The notes under the pieces are model-generated. The model saw only the letters and a program-made list of their open reading frames with translations, was not told the DNA's origin and did not search any database. From Bryobacterales bacterium KBS 96 (GTDB taxonomy: Bacteria; Acidobacteriota; Terriglobia; Bryobacterales; Bryobacteraceae), in the NCBI GenBank assembly GCA_000381625.1, contig KB906767.1, forward strand, positions 659,071-723,070: a stretch of DNA of 64,000 nucleotides, written 5' to 3'. Position 1 is the stretch's first letter. The number at the start of each line of letters is the position of its first letter. A program made the position numbers and the translations under genes. Shown piece by piece: positions 9,913 to 19,379 of this stretch.

Positions 9913-9931
9913 CCTATGGAATGTCCATAGG
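9913..9931. promoter_or_regulatory. Perfect palindrome CCTATGGA-ATG-TCCATAGG in the divergent promoter region (suhB / ADOP permease)
   Basis: 8-3-8 inverted repeat read directly; 118 nt upstream of the permease ATG at 10049. Confidence 0.4.
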
Positions 9932-10048
9932 TAAAGGCTTCGCTCTAGTTCGACTGCGACAGGAACTCGCGCAGGCAACGAACGATCGGGACGGCCCTTC
10001 GAGAGTTATTGACCGGATGCCGCGATGGGCCGGCAGAGGAGTTCGTTA

Positions 10049-12736
10049 ATGAGTAGCCTGCATGTGGCCCTCGCGAAACTCTGGAACTGGTTCACGCGCG
10101 AACGCTCGGATCCGGATTCCGATGAGGAACTGGGCATCCATTTGGACCTGCTTGCCGAGAGATTCATCAGGCAGGGTATGACGCCGGAAGAAGCCAGTTA
10201 CGCAGCCCACCGTCAATTCGGAGGAACCGCAAAAGTGAAACGGGATTTGCACGAGAGCCGCCGATTCTGGCAATTGGAAACGCTTATTCAGGACATACGA
10301 TACGCGGTTAGAAATTTATGCAAGACACCGGTATTCACGTTGACGGCGATCGGAGCGCTGGCGATTGGCATCGGCGCAAACACCGCCATCTTTTCCGTGG
10401 TCGATAACGTTCTGCTGAAGCCGCTGACATACCCGGATCCCGGACGCATCGTTTTGTTTTTTCTCACGACTCCTGAGGGTCCGAGCTGGGGAGGCTCGGC
10501 CGCAAAATTCAACGTATGGCGCCGCCAAACTCACGTCTTCCAGGATGTTGCCGCGTATGAGTACAGAGGCTCCAACCTCAACTTAACAAGCGGACCCATT
10601 CCCGAGCAGATTCATACTATCCGTGTAACAGCCGATTACTTCCGTCTCTTTGGAGCACAAATGGTGCAGGGACGCCCGTTTACGACTGATGAAGATCGGC
10701 CGAACGGAGACCACGTCGCGGTGATCAGCTACGCACTCTGGCAACGCCAGTTCGGCGGAGACCCGCAAATGACGGGCAAAGCAATTTCATTGAACAACAC
10801 GCCGTACGAAGTTGTAGGCGTACTGTCGCCGACTTTCAACACCGAACTGGATTCGCCGCCCGACGCCTTTCTTCCCTTTCAAATTGATCCCAACAGCACC
10901 GACCACGCACAATATTTCAATGTTGTCGGGCGGCTGAAGCCCGGAGTGACCACCGCCGCGGCGAACGCTCAGCTTCAGCTTGCCGCCAATGATTTCCGCC
11001 AAAGATTCCCCAACATCATGGGCGCCCGAGACGGCTTTGGCATTGAGCCGTTCCAGGACGCCATCGTCAGCGATGCGCAATCGCCGCTCTGGGTCCTCAC
11101 AGGCGCAGTCATGTTTGTGTTGCTGATCGCTTGCGCAAACGTGGCCAACCTTTTGCTTGTGCGGGCAACTGGCCGAAAACGCGAGATCGGTGTCCGATCG
11201 GCAATGGGCGCGAGCCGCGTCCGCATCATTCGTCAATTGCTTACAGAAAGCATCGTGCTTTCGATAGTGGGAGGCGCCTTGGGACTCATCCTTGGGTTTC
11301 TCGGCGTTCGGGCGCTCCTTGCGATGAATCCCGGGGACATCCCTCGAATTGGCCAACACGGTGCAAGCGTCACGATGGACTGGCGCGTTCTCGTATTTAC
11401 GATTATTATTTCTCTGGCAACGGGAATCGTGTTCGGTCTTATTCCCGCTATCGATGTGTCGCGCGAAGATCTGAGCATCACGCTGAAAGAGGGGAGTGGG
11501 CGCTCCGGCACGAGTCATCGCCAGAACAGAACGCGTTCTCTCTTGGTTGTAGGCGAATTGGCTTTGGCCCTGGTCCTTTTAGTTGGTTCAGGCCTGCTGA
11601 TTCGCACGTTTGTGGAGTTACGCACCATCAATCCGGGCTTTGACGCACACAATGTCTTGACGATGCGGATGTCGCTGGCCGGTTCGCAGTTCGCCAAGAC
11701 ATCGGATGTGACCCGAGTTGTCCGCAACGCAACCCGGCAATTGGAATCGATTCCCGGCGTGGTGCGCGCCTGTGCCAGCTACAACTTTCCGCTAGAAGGC
11801 GCGTTTGGCATTCCCTTCAATATTGTCGGCCGGACGCCCACACAGGGCCGCTACGATGGCCGAGGTTGGCTAACCGTATCTCCGGGTTATTTCGCGATAT
11901 TCAAAATTCCCGCGTTACAAGGACGTCTTTTCACCGATCGCGACGACGCGAGCGCGGATCGCGTCGCCATCATCAACGAAGTCATGGCCCGCAAATATTG
12001 GCCGAAGGGCGGCGCCGTGGGAAACCGAGTCATCCTGGGCAAAGGATATGGACCCGAGTTTCAAGAACCTGCGCGGCAAATCGTCGGCATTGTCGGCGAC
12101 GTTCGCGATTTCGGATTGAACAGAGATCCTCAGCCGGTCGTCTACGTTCCACTCGCGCAGGTGACGGACGGCATCACCGCTCTCTCCGAACGAGCAGCGT
12201 CGCTGGCATGGATCGTCCGCACCCATGTAGCGCCCCTTTCGTTGCGCGCGGCCATACAGGATGAACTGAGACGAGACACTGGCGGTTTGCCTGTAACGGC
12301 CGTCCGTTCCATGAATGAAGTTGTGGCGCAATCAACAGCCGGAGCAAGCTTCCAGATGACACTTTTAACGACTTTCGCCGGAGCAGCGCTCTTGCTTGCC
12401 GCCATCGGCATTTACGGACTGATGGCATATTCCGTCCAGCAGCGCACTCACGAAATTGGAATCCGGTTGGCATTGGGCGCTGAACCGGGCCACGTTCGAA
12501 AATTGCTGATCTTCCAGGGCCTGCGCCTGGCGTCGATCGGGATTGCTATTGGCATAGCCGCTGCATTCGGGCTGACACGCCTGCTCTCCGCCTCTCTCTT
12601 TGGAGTCAAATCCTGGGATCCGCTCACGTTCATGGTGATTCCTGTGCTCTTGAGCGCGGTGGCCCTGTTTGCCGTATGGCTTCCGACTCGCCGCGCGACC
12701 CGCGTGGACCCCCTTTTCGCTCTGCGATACGAATGA
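10049..12736 (+). CDS. ADOP-family (MacB/FtsX-like) ABC transporter permease with N-terminal permease-prefix domain
   Basis: N-terminal cytoplasmic prefix (LHVALAKLWNWFTRERSDPDSDEELGIHLDLLAERFIRQGMTPEEA) followed by two FtsX-like modules, each with a large periplasmic domain; about 895 aa. Confidence 0.8.
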   Translation: MSSLHVALAKLWNWFTRERSDPDSDEELGIHLDLLAERFIRQGMTPEEASYAAHRQFGGTAKVKRDLHESRRFWQLETLIQDIRYAVRNLCKTPVFTLTAIGALAIGIGANTAIFSVVDNVLLKPLTYPDPGRIVLFFLTTPEGPSWGGSAAKFNVWRRQTHVFQDVAAYEYRGSNLNLTSGPIPEQIHTIRVTADYFRLFGAQMVQGRPFTTDEDRPNGDHVAVISYALWQRQFGGDPQMTGKAISLNNTPYEVVGVLSPTFNTELDSPPDAFLPFQIDPNSTDHAQYFNVVGRLKPGVTTAAANAQLQLAANDFRQRFPNIMGARDGFGIEPFQDAIVSDAQSPLWVLTGAVMFVLLIACANVANLLLVRATGRKREIGVRSAMGASRVRIIRQLLTESIVLSIVGGALGLILGFLGVRALLAMNPGDIPRIGQHGASVTMDWRVLVFTIIISLATGIVFGLIPAIDVSREDLSITLKEGSGRSGTSHRQNRTRSLLVVGELALALVLLVGSGLLIRTFVELRTINPGFDAHNVLTMRMSLAGSQFAKTSDVTRVVRNATRQLESIPGVVRACASYNFPLEGAFGIPFNIVGRTPTQGRYDGRGWLTVSPGYFAIFKIPALQGRLFTDRDDASADRVAIINEVMARKYWPKGGAVGNRVILGKGYGPEFQEPARQIVGIVGDVRDFGLNRDPQPVVYVPLAQVTDGITALSERAASLAWIVRTHVAPLSLRAAIQDELRRDTGGLPVTAVRSMNEVVAQSTAGASFQMTLLTTFAGAALLLAAIGIYGLMAYSVQQRTHEIGIRLALGAEPGHVRKLLIFQGLRLASIGIAIGIAAAFGLTRLLSASLFGVKSWDPLTFMVIPVLLSAVALFAVWLPTRRATRVDPLFALRYE

Positions 12737-12813
12737 GTCTGCACAGGCTCGCGTTACGTTTCGTCCTCGGAGAACATCCGAGTAGAGCGGCGAGGACGCG
12801 GCTCACAGTCGCC

Positions 12814-14502
12814 TCACCCGTACAGTCGCAACCGCCTCAGCGCGGAACGCAGAGTATCGCGCGATTCCGCGACGCCGAATATAAACGTGCCGCCAAAGTA
12901 GATCAAACCGTACAATCCCAATGCCACGACCGCGAGGCGCAGCGGATATGCGGTTCCGACTGCGCGTTTGATGGCGAAGCTCGCGGCGCTGGCGACGAAT
13001 GACGTGAGCCACAGAATAGCCAGAAATCCGGGCGCGAGCGACGTGCGGCCGATGCGGCGGCCGAGCGAGTGACGCAGCAGCGAGAACTCCACCCAACCGG
13101 CGATGCCGGCAGAGACGGTCAATCCGGCAATACCCCATTTGGGCTCGACGCCTGCCAACCGCGGCAATTCGAGCGCAAAGAAGAACCCAAGCGCGGTGGT
13201 CAGAATGACGCGAACGACGGCGAATCGCAGCGGTGTCTTTGTGTCATACAAAGCGTAGAACGCGGACGAGTACAATCGTCCCAGGGCGGTCGCGAGTAGG
13301 CCGACCGACGATCCAGCAAGGACGGCCCAGACATAAACGGTGTCCGAGCGATGAAAGCGGCCGGATTGATAGAGCGCTCCAGCAATGATGTCTCCGAGCA
13401 GCAGAAACGCAACCGCCGAAGGAACCACGAAGAACGCAATACGGCGCAAGCCGGCTTCAAGCCGCTTCCGAAGAAGCGAAGCGACTTCACTCTCCGTGCC
13501 AAGAGCCTGGGAGAGCGCCGGCAGCTCGGCAGCGGACACGGACATGCTGAACAGGCTGATGGGCAGAATGGAGATGATCTGGCCGTAACCGAGCGCGGCC
13601 ACCGCTCCGGTCGGCAGGAGGCTGGCAATGATGGAATCGATGTAGGCGGAAATCTGGACAACTCCGCGACTCACGAAAATGGGGCCGAAGTTCCGAATGA
13701 CCCTTCGCACCTCGACGGCGGCCGTGTCGAATAGCGGACGGAAGTGCGGCAGATACCGCAACACCCGCGGGAGTTGAACGAGAAATTGCAAGCCGCTCCC
13801 CACAACCGAAGCCCACGCGAGATAGATGGCCAACTCGTCCTGCGAGGTGAAGCCGCCGAAGGTGACAAGCGCCGCGATCATCGTGACATTCAAAGCGACG
13901 GGAGCGGTATAGGAGAGCAGAAAGCGGTGATGGCTATTGAGGATGCCCAGGCACCACGCGCTCATCACCAACAGACCGGCGCCCGGGAACAGAATCCGAA
14001 CGATATGGATAGTAAGCTCGCGTTTTTGTCCACTGAATCCCGGGGCAATGACGTCGATGAGAAACGGCGTGAGCAGGACGCCCAGAACAACCAGGACGGA
14101 GCAGACAACGGCAAGCAGGCCGAATATCGCGCTCGCGAGATGATCGGCCTCCTCCTCCCGCTCCTGGGCCAGCAGCTTGGAATACACCGTGATGAAGGAG
14201 GCCGAGAGGACGCCTTCACCGAATAAGTTGTTCAACAGATTTGGGATGCGAATCGCGGCGCGAAACGCATCCGCCACCGCCGAATTACCGAAGTAGTGCG
14301 CAATCACCCGCTCCCGGATGAGGCCCGTGAGGCGGCTGATGAGGATGCCAAGAGCCACGCGGAACGCGGCTCCTCCGGCTTTCGGCGCCGGGGAAGGATC
14401 CGCGGGCGGCACAGCGACTCCTTCGGGCGGAAGCGCCTCCGGCGGCAAAGCTTTGTCCGGATTTCCTGGCGGCTTCCGGTTGATACGGATACGAAGCTGC
14501 AA
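12814..14502 (-). CDS. murJ: Lipid II flippase MurJ (MviN)
   Basis: N-terminal MurJ signature ...ISRLTGLIRERVIAHYFG and 12 or more TM helices. The Pro-rich 45-aa N-terminal extension suggests the true start is an internal TTG/GTG. Confidence 0.75.
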   Translation of the reverse strand: MQLRIRINRKPPGNPDKALPPEALPPEGVAVPPADPSPAPKAGGAAFRVALGILISRLTGLIRERVIAHYFGNSAVADAFRAAIRIPNLLNNLFGEGVLSASFITVYSKLLAQEREEEADHLASAIFGLLAVVCSVLVVLGVLLTPFLIDVIAPGFSGQKRELTIHIVRILFPGAGLLVMSAWCLGILNSHHRFLLSYTAPVALNVTMIAALVTFGGFTSQDELAIYLAWASVVGSGLQFLVQLPRVLRYLPHFRPLFDTAAVEVRRVIRNFGPIFVSRGVVQISAYIDSIIASLLPTGAVAALGYGQIISILPISLFSMSVSAAELPALSQALGTESEVASLLRKRLEAGLRRIAFFVVPSAVAFLLLGDIIAGALYQSGRFHRSDTVYVWAVLAGSSVGLLATALGRLYSSAFYALYDTKTPLRFAVVRVILTTALGFFFALELPRLAGVEPKWGIAGLTVSAGIAGWVEFSLLRHSLGRRIGRTSLAPGFLAILWLTSFVASAASFAIKRAVGTAYPLRLAVVALGLYGLIYFGGTFIFGVAESRDTLRSALRRLRLYG

Positions 14503-14629
14503 ACTGCGAGTGTACTGCGACGGCCGGTAATTTCGGCAGCGGCATTCGCGTTTCAGAATTTTTCAAGGCGGCAAATTCGCAAAACTGTTGCGGCAGACGA
14601 ATAGGAATCGCTACCGTGAAGAATTGCAC

Positions 14630-15610
14630 ATGAGTAATCGCGGTCCTATCTCCAGCTTCATCAAGCATCATTTTCGTCATTTCAACGCAGCCACGCTCGT
14701 GGAAGCGGCGGAAGCCTACGAGAAACATCTGGCGAGCGGCGGCAAAATGTTCCTGACGCTTGCCGGCGCCATGAGCACCGCGGAATTGGGCGTATCGCTC
14801 GCCGAAATGATTCGTCAGGGCAAAGTCCATGGCATCTCGTGCACGGGCGCAAATCTTGAGGAAGATGTGTTCAATCTCGTGGCTCACGATTTTTATGAGC
14901 GCGTGCCGCACTGGCGCGACCTGCGGCCGGAAGATGAGCAGGCATTACTCGATCGTCACATGAACCGCGTCACCGATACGTGTATTCCCGAAGAAGAGGC
15001 CATGCGGCGCATTGAGAGCGTGATTTTGAAGGAATGGACGCGCGCGGACCAGGAGGGCGAGCGTTATTTCCCTCACCAGTTCTTCTATCGTATTTTACAG
15101 TCGTCCGAGTTTCAGAAAAGCTTTCAAATCGACAAAAAAGATAGCTGGCTGTTTGCCGCAATGGAGAAAAACTTGCCGATCTTCGTTCCGGGCTGGGAAG
15201 ATTCCACGCTCGGCAACATGTACGCGGGCCACTGCATCTCGGGTGATGTGAAAAACGTTCATACCGTGCGCACCGGCATCGAATACATGACGGAACTGGC
15301 GCATTGGTATACCGAAACGGCGAAGGGATCGTCAATCGGGTTCTTTCAGATCGCCGGCGGCATTGCCGGAGACTTCCCCATCTGCGTGGTGCCTATGCTG
15401 CGGCAGGACCTGGAACGAGAAGATACGCCGCTGTGGGGATATTTCTGCCAGATCAGCGATTCCACCACTAGCTATGGTTCGTATTCGGGCGCGATACCCA
15501 ACGAGAAGATCACTTGGGAAAAGCTAAGCATTCATACGCCCAAATACGTCATCGAGTCGGACGCTTCCATAGTCGCGCCGCTGATGTTTGCGTATCTGCT
15601 CGGATGGTAA
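14630..15610 (+). CDS. Deoxyhypusine synthase-like protein (homospermidine synthase family)
   Basis: DHS-like block GISCTGANLEEDVFNLVA resembling the eukaryotic LVTTAGGVEEDLIK; 326 aa from the ATG at 14630. Confidence 0.55.
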   Translation: MSNRGPISSFIKHHFRHFNAATLVEAAEAYEKHLASGGKMFLTLAGAMSTAELGVSLAEMIRQGKVHGISCTGANLEEDVFNLVAHDFYERVPHWRDLRPEDEQALLDRHMNRVTDTCIPEEEAMRRIESVILKEWTRADQEGERYFPHQFFYRILQSSEFQKSFQIDKKDSWLFAAMEKNLPIFVPGWEDSTLGNMYAGHCISGDVKNVHTVRTGIEYMTELAHWYTETAKGSSIGFFQIAGGIAGDFPICVVPMLRQDLEREDTPLWGYFCQISDSTTSYGSYSGAIPNEKITWEKLSIHTPKYVIESDASIVAPLMFAYLLGW

Positions 15611-15743
15611 GGCGTGGTGGAGAAATTTTCCAGCCGCTGCACCTTGCCGGCTCTCATGTCAAGAACTGAATCTCACGAAGATTGAAGCCGTTAGAAAGCA
15701 ATTGACATTGATCGTCATCGTTTGTTAACTTCGCGTTGACCTG

Positions 15744-16199
15744 ATGAGATCGGTTCCTTCCCAACGCGCCCTTCATCCTGCTCTTGTTTTGCTCGTCGAC
15801 GATAACTCACACGGGATCGTCGCGCGTAGAAATGTTTTAGAAGAGCTTGGCTACCACGTTATCTCCGCAACCAGCGGAGCGGAAGCCTTAAAACTGATTG
15901 AAGAGCACCACTTTGAACTGGTTATAACGGACTACCGTATGCCTGCCATGGACGGGGTCGCGCTGATTGCCGAATTGAGGCGTCGTGGCTTTAAGAATCC
16001 CATCATCTTGCTGAGCGGGTTGCTCACACATCTCGGGTTGACCAAGAAAACAACCGGAGCGGACCTGTTGGTTCAGAAGAGCGCGAACGAGATGGAGCAC
16101 CTGGTTCGTGGAGTGAAACGCCTCCTGGCTGCACCGAAGAAACCGGCGGGCGTGCAAGGAACGACACAACGAAAGCGTAGGCGCACCGCAGAGGGCTGA
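15744..16199 (+). CDS. Stand-alone response regulator receiver domain protein
   Basis: LVLLVDDN...ELVITDYRMPAMDG...ILLSG; no output domain. Confidence 0.7.
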   Translation: MRSVPSQRALHPALVLLVDDNSHGIVARRNVLEELGYHVISATSGAEALKLIEEHHFELVITDYRMPAMDGVALIAELRRRGFKNPIILLSGLLTHLGLTKKTTGADLLVQKSANEMEHLVRGVKRLLAAPKKPAGVQGTTQRKRRRTAEG

Positions 16200-16241
16200 T
16201 AGCTAACCAACTATTTCCGATGGCTATAGTAGAAAGCATAG

Positions 16242-18065
16242 ATGGCGATCTCCAGGCTTTCTCTCGCTTGCATTGCCGTAACGTTGACGCTCGCCGCCGC
16301 GCCGACCACATCGAGACCCACATCAAGACATAGATCCGCACGTCACGCGCGTCCTGTCGTTTCATCCAACACAGCGGGACTGGCCATGGCGCGACGATTA
16401 TCCCTGCACGACCGCGTCGCGCAGTTAATTATTGTTCGGGGCTACGGCGATTACCTGAATTCGGAAAGCGCCGAATACCGAAGGCTGGTGCGCTTGATAC
16501 GCGATGTACACGTCGGAGGGATGATCGTCGCTAATCGCGTTCTCGACGGCCACGTGATCAACGCCCAGCCCTACGAGATGGCCGTGTTCCTGAATCATCT
16601 GCAGCGCCTTGCGCACACTCCGCTCTTCTTCGGGTCCGATTTCGAGCGCGGAGCGTCCATGCGCGTTGCCGAGACGTCGAGATATCCCTACATGATGGCG
16701 TATGGCGCTGCGCACGATCTCAAGGCCGTGAAAGACCTAGGCGCCGCTACGGCGCGCGAGGCGCGTGCGCTCGGAATCACGTGGGTGTTCGCTCCCGATG
16801 CAGATGTCAACAACAACCCGGATAACCCGATCATCAATATACGCTCTTTCGGCGAAAATCCTGAGGCGGTGGCGCAAAACGTGGCGGCGTTTATCGAAGG
16901 CGCGCACGCAGACCCGGACAATTACGTTCTGCTGAGCGCCAAGCACTTTCCAGGACATGGCGATACAGCGGAAGACAGCCACATGCAGATGGCAAAGCTC
17001 GATCAGCCCAAGGAGCGAATTGAATCGGTGGAGTTAGTTCCGTTTCGAGCCGCGATTGCGCACGGCATCGATTCGATCATGACTGCACATCTTTCCGTTC
17101 CGGCGTTTGAGCCACAGCCAATTCCGGCAACGGTCTCGAAGAACATCCTCACGGGATTGCTGCGCGAGGAACTAGGATTCAAGGGTTTGATCGTAACCGA
17201 CGCGATGGACATGCAGGGATTGACCAAGCTTTTCAGTCAAGGAGAAGCCGCCGCGCGTGCCGTTGAAGCCGGGGCCGACGTATTGCTAATGCCGGCGGAT
17301 CCAGAGGCGTGCATTCGCGGTGTGATGGAAGCCGTCAGAAAAGGCCGCATCTCGCAGCGGCGCATCGATGAGAGCGTCGCAAAAGTGCTTGCCGCCAAAC
17401 AGCGAGTGGGCTTGTACCGAAGCCGCTTTGTCAGTTTAGACAAGATTGCGGATCGCATTAAAGACCCCAGCCTCGATGAATTAGCGCAAAAGGTGGCGGA
17501 CGAATCGGTAACGCTGGTGAAAGACGACAAACATTTATTTCCCATCGGCGATCCGGCGAACTCCTGCCTCACTGTGCTGACTGAAGGCCGGTATTCGTCG
17601 CGCGGGGAAAACTTGATTAACTCTGTGCTGCGGCGGGCCCCCAATATGCGAACGTATCTTGCTAATACAATGACTCCCGATCCGGAGTTGAACGGCCTGG
17701 CGGAAACGCTCAGCCAATGTAAACAGGTCTATATTGGCGCGTTTATAACTGTGGCGGCCAATCGCGGGAGCGTTGCGCTTGAAGGCGGCCTAAGTAAGTT
17801 TGTCGATTCCCTGATAAAAGCGAATGCGCCGGTAGCCCTGATTTCGTTTGGCAGTCCGTATCTTCTCCGCAGTTTCCCCGGCGTGAGTGCTTATGCCGCG
17901 ACATTCAGCACTTCGAATACTTCGGAAATCGCGGCGGCGAAAGCTTTATTGGGCGAAATTCCAATTCAAGGGCAACTTCCGGTGTCGATCCCCGGCCTCG
18001 CAAAAATTGGGGATGGAATTCGAGTTACGACACGAACCTCCCGCGCATCTCAAGGAATGCAATGA
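16242..18065 (+). CDS. Glycoside hydrolase family 3 protein (beta-N-acetylhexosaminidase/NagZ-like) with signal peptide
   Basis: GH3 motif KHFPGHGDT, an N-terminal signal peptide, and a C-terminal alpha/beta domain. Confidence 0.8.
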   Translation: MAISRLSLACIAVTLTLAAAPTTSRPTSRHRSARHARPVVSSNTAGLAMARRLSLHDRVAQLIIVRGYGDYLNSESAEYRRLVRLIRDVHVGGMIVANRVLDGHVINAQPYEMAVFLNHLQRLAHTPLFFGSDFERGASMRVAETSRYPYMMAYGAAHDLKAVKDLGAATAREARALGITWVFAPDADVNNNPDNPIINIRSFGENPEAVAQNVAAFIEGAHADPDNYVLLSAKHFPGHGDTAEDSHMQMAKLDQPKERIESVELVPFRAAIAHGIDSIMTAHLSVPAFEPQPIPATVSKNILTGLLREELGFKGLIVTDAMDMQGLTKLFSQGEAAARAVEAGADVLLMPADPEACIRGVMEAVRKGRISQRRIDESVAKVLAAKQRVGLYRSRFVSLDKIADRIKDPSLDELAQKVADESVTLVKDDKHLFPIGDPANSCLTVLTEGRYSSRGENLINSVLRRAPNMRTYLANTMTPDPELNGLAETLSQCKQVYIGAFITVAANRGSVALEGGLSKFVDSLIKANAPVALISFGSPYLLRSFPGVSAYAATFSTSNTSEIAAAKALLGEIPIQGQLPVSIPGLAKIGDGIRVTTRTSRASQGMQ

Positions 18066-18784
18066 TCAAAATCACCTGGCTTGGACACGGCACGGTTCAA
18101 TTTCAGTTTTCTTCAGGCGAAGTACTCATCATGGATCCCTGGATCGACAACCCCAAATATCCCAAGGGCCACAAGATCGAGCGCGTGGACGCGATCGCAG
18201 TCTCGCATGGGCATTTCGACCATATTCACAGCGTTCTGCCGCTGGCCAAACAATTCAAACCCAAGGTGGTCGGCATTTTCGAGATCGGCCATTGGCTGGA
18301 ATCGAAAGGCGTCGAGAACACGATCGGCATGAACAAAGGCGGAACCGTCGATCTGGGTTTTGTGAAGCTCACAATGACACACGCCGTGCATAGCTGCGGA
18401 ATTCTGGACGACGGCAAGATCATCTACGGAGGCGAAGCGGCCGGGTTTGTTCTTACGCCGAAAGATAGCGGGCCAATTTACTTTGCGGGAGATACGAACG
18501 TTTTCTCCGACATGACTCTGATTCGCGAGTTGTACCGGCCGGAACTGGCATTTCTACCGATCGGCGATCATTTCACGATGAGTCCGCGTGAAGCCGCGAA
18601 GGCCGTGAGCCTTCTGCAGGTGAACAAAGTCGTGCCGATGCACTTCGGCACGTTCCCCGTCCTGACTGGCACGCCGAACGCGCTGTCTGAAAAGCTGCAG
18701 GGACAAGCGGCCGTTTGGACACTGGAACCGGGCAAGACAGTGGAATGGACGACCGACGAGAGCGGCCTACTCGACCGCCGGTAG
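18062..18784 (+). CDS. Metal-dependent hydrolase, MBL fold (UPF0173 family)
   Basis: ITWLGHGT...VSHGHFDHI motif; 4-nt overlap with the upstream GH3 gene. Confidence 0.75.
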   Translation: MIKITWLGHGTVQFQFSSGEVLIMDPWIDNPKYPKGHKIERVDAIAVSHGHFDHIHSVLPLAKQFKPKVVGIFEIGHWLESKGVENTIGMNKGGTVDLGFVKLTMTHAVHSCGILDDGKIIYGGEAAGFVLTPKDSGPIYFAGDTNVFSDMTLIRELYRPELAFLPIGDHFTMSPREAAKAVSLLQVNKVVPMHFGTFPVLTGTPNALSEKLQGQAAVWTLEPGKTVEWTTDESGLLDRR

Positions 18785-19348
18785 CTCCACTTTTTCGTAG
18801 AGAGTGGCGATTCCGATTCGAACGCCGATCGAGTCAAACACCAACTCGGCCGCCGGATCGCTGGACTCTGTCAGTAACCAGCGCCCATCCGGCTGACGAG
18901 TCCACTGCTCGATGTGGACGGCATCTTGCCCAACCGTGAGGTACTCCCGGAGCGACGGCAAGGTGCGGTAATGCTGGAACTTCTGGCCGCGATCATAGTT
19001 CTGAGTGGATTCGGACAGTACTTCGACGATCAGGGTGGGGTTGGTCAAGGTGTCGTCTTGATCGTCGGCAAACTCGGCCGCGCCGCAGACGACCACAACG
19101 TCGGGATAAGTGAAAAGCCCGGTTGGACGGACACGTACGCGCAGATCGCTGGAGTAGACGTTGCAATTACGGCTCCGCAGGGCTTGAGAGAACTCTCTTA
19201 CCAGGTTGGTGATAATCAGAGCGTGCAGCGGGCTGGCGCCAGCCATGGCAAACACTTCTCCGCGTAAGTATTCGCTTTTGTACTCGGCTTTCCGCTCGTG
19301 TTCCAGATACTCTTCCGGAGTGAGAAATGTTGAGCGAGCTACCGACAT
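18767..19348 (-). CDS. Uma2-family (DUF820) putative endonuclease
   Basis: YLEHERKAEYKSEYLRGEV...LIVEVLSESTQNYDRGQKFQHY pattern typical of Uma2. Confidence 0.7.
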   Translation of the reverse strand: MSVARSTFLTPEEYLEHERKAEYKSEYLRGEVFAMAGASPLHALIITNLVREFSQALRSRNCNVYSSDLRVRVRPTGLFTYPDVVVVCGAAEFADDQDDTLTNPTLIVEVLSESTQNYDRGQKFQHYRTLPSLREYLTVGQDAVHIEQWTRQPDGRWLLTESSDPAAELVFDSIGVRIGIATLYEKVELPAVE

Positions 19349-19379
19349 TCAACGTTATCCTAGCATTGAATAGTCAACC

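Noticed and set aside
12762-12798. Nested hairpin (CGTCCTCG...CGAGGACG) between convergent ADOP and murJ genes
   Set aside because: It is plausibly a bidirectional terminator, but the loop is long (21 nt) and there is no U-tract, so confidence is low.
15702-15730. TTGACA-N17-TTAACT sigma70-like promoter upstream of the stand-alone receiver gene
   Set aside because: It would leave only about a 7-nt leader with no Shine-Dalgarno, and the gene start itself is uncertain, so it was not reported as a feature.
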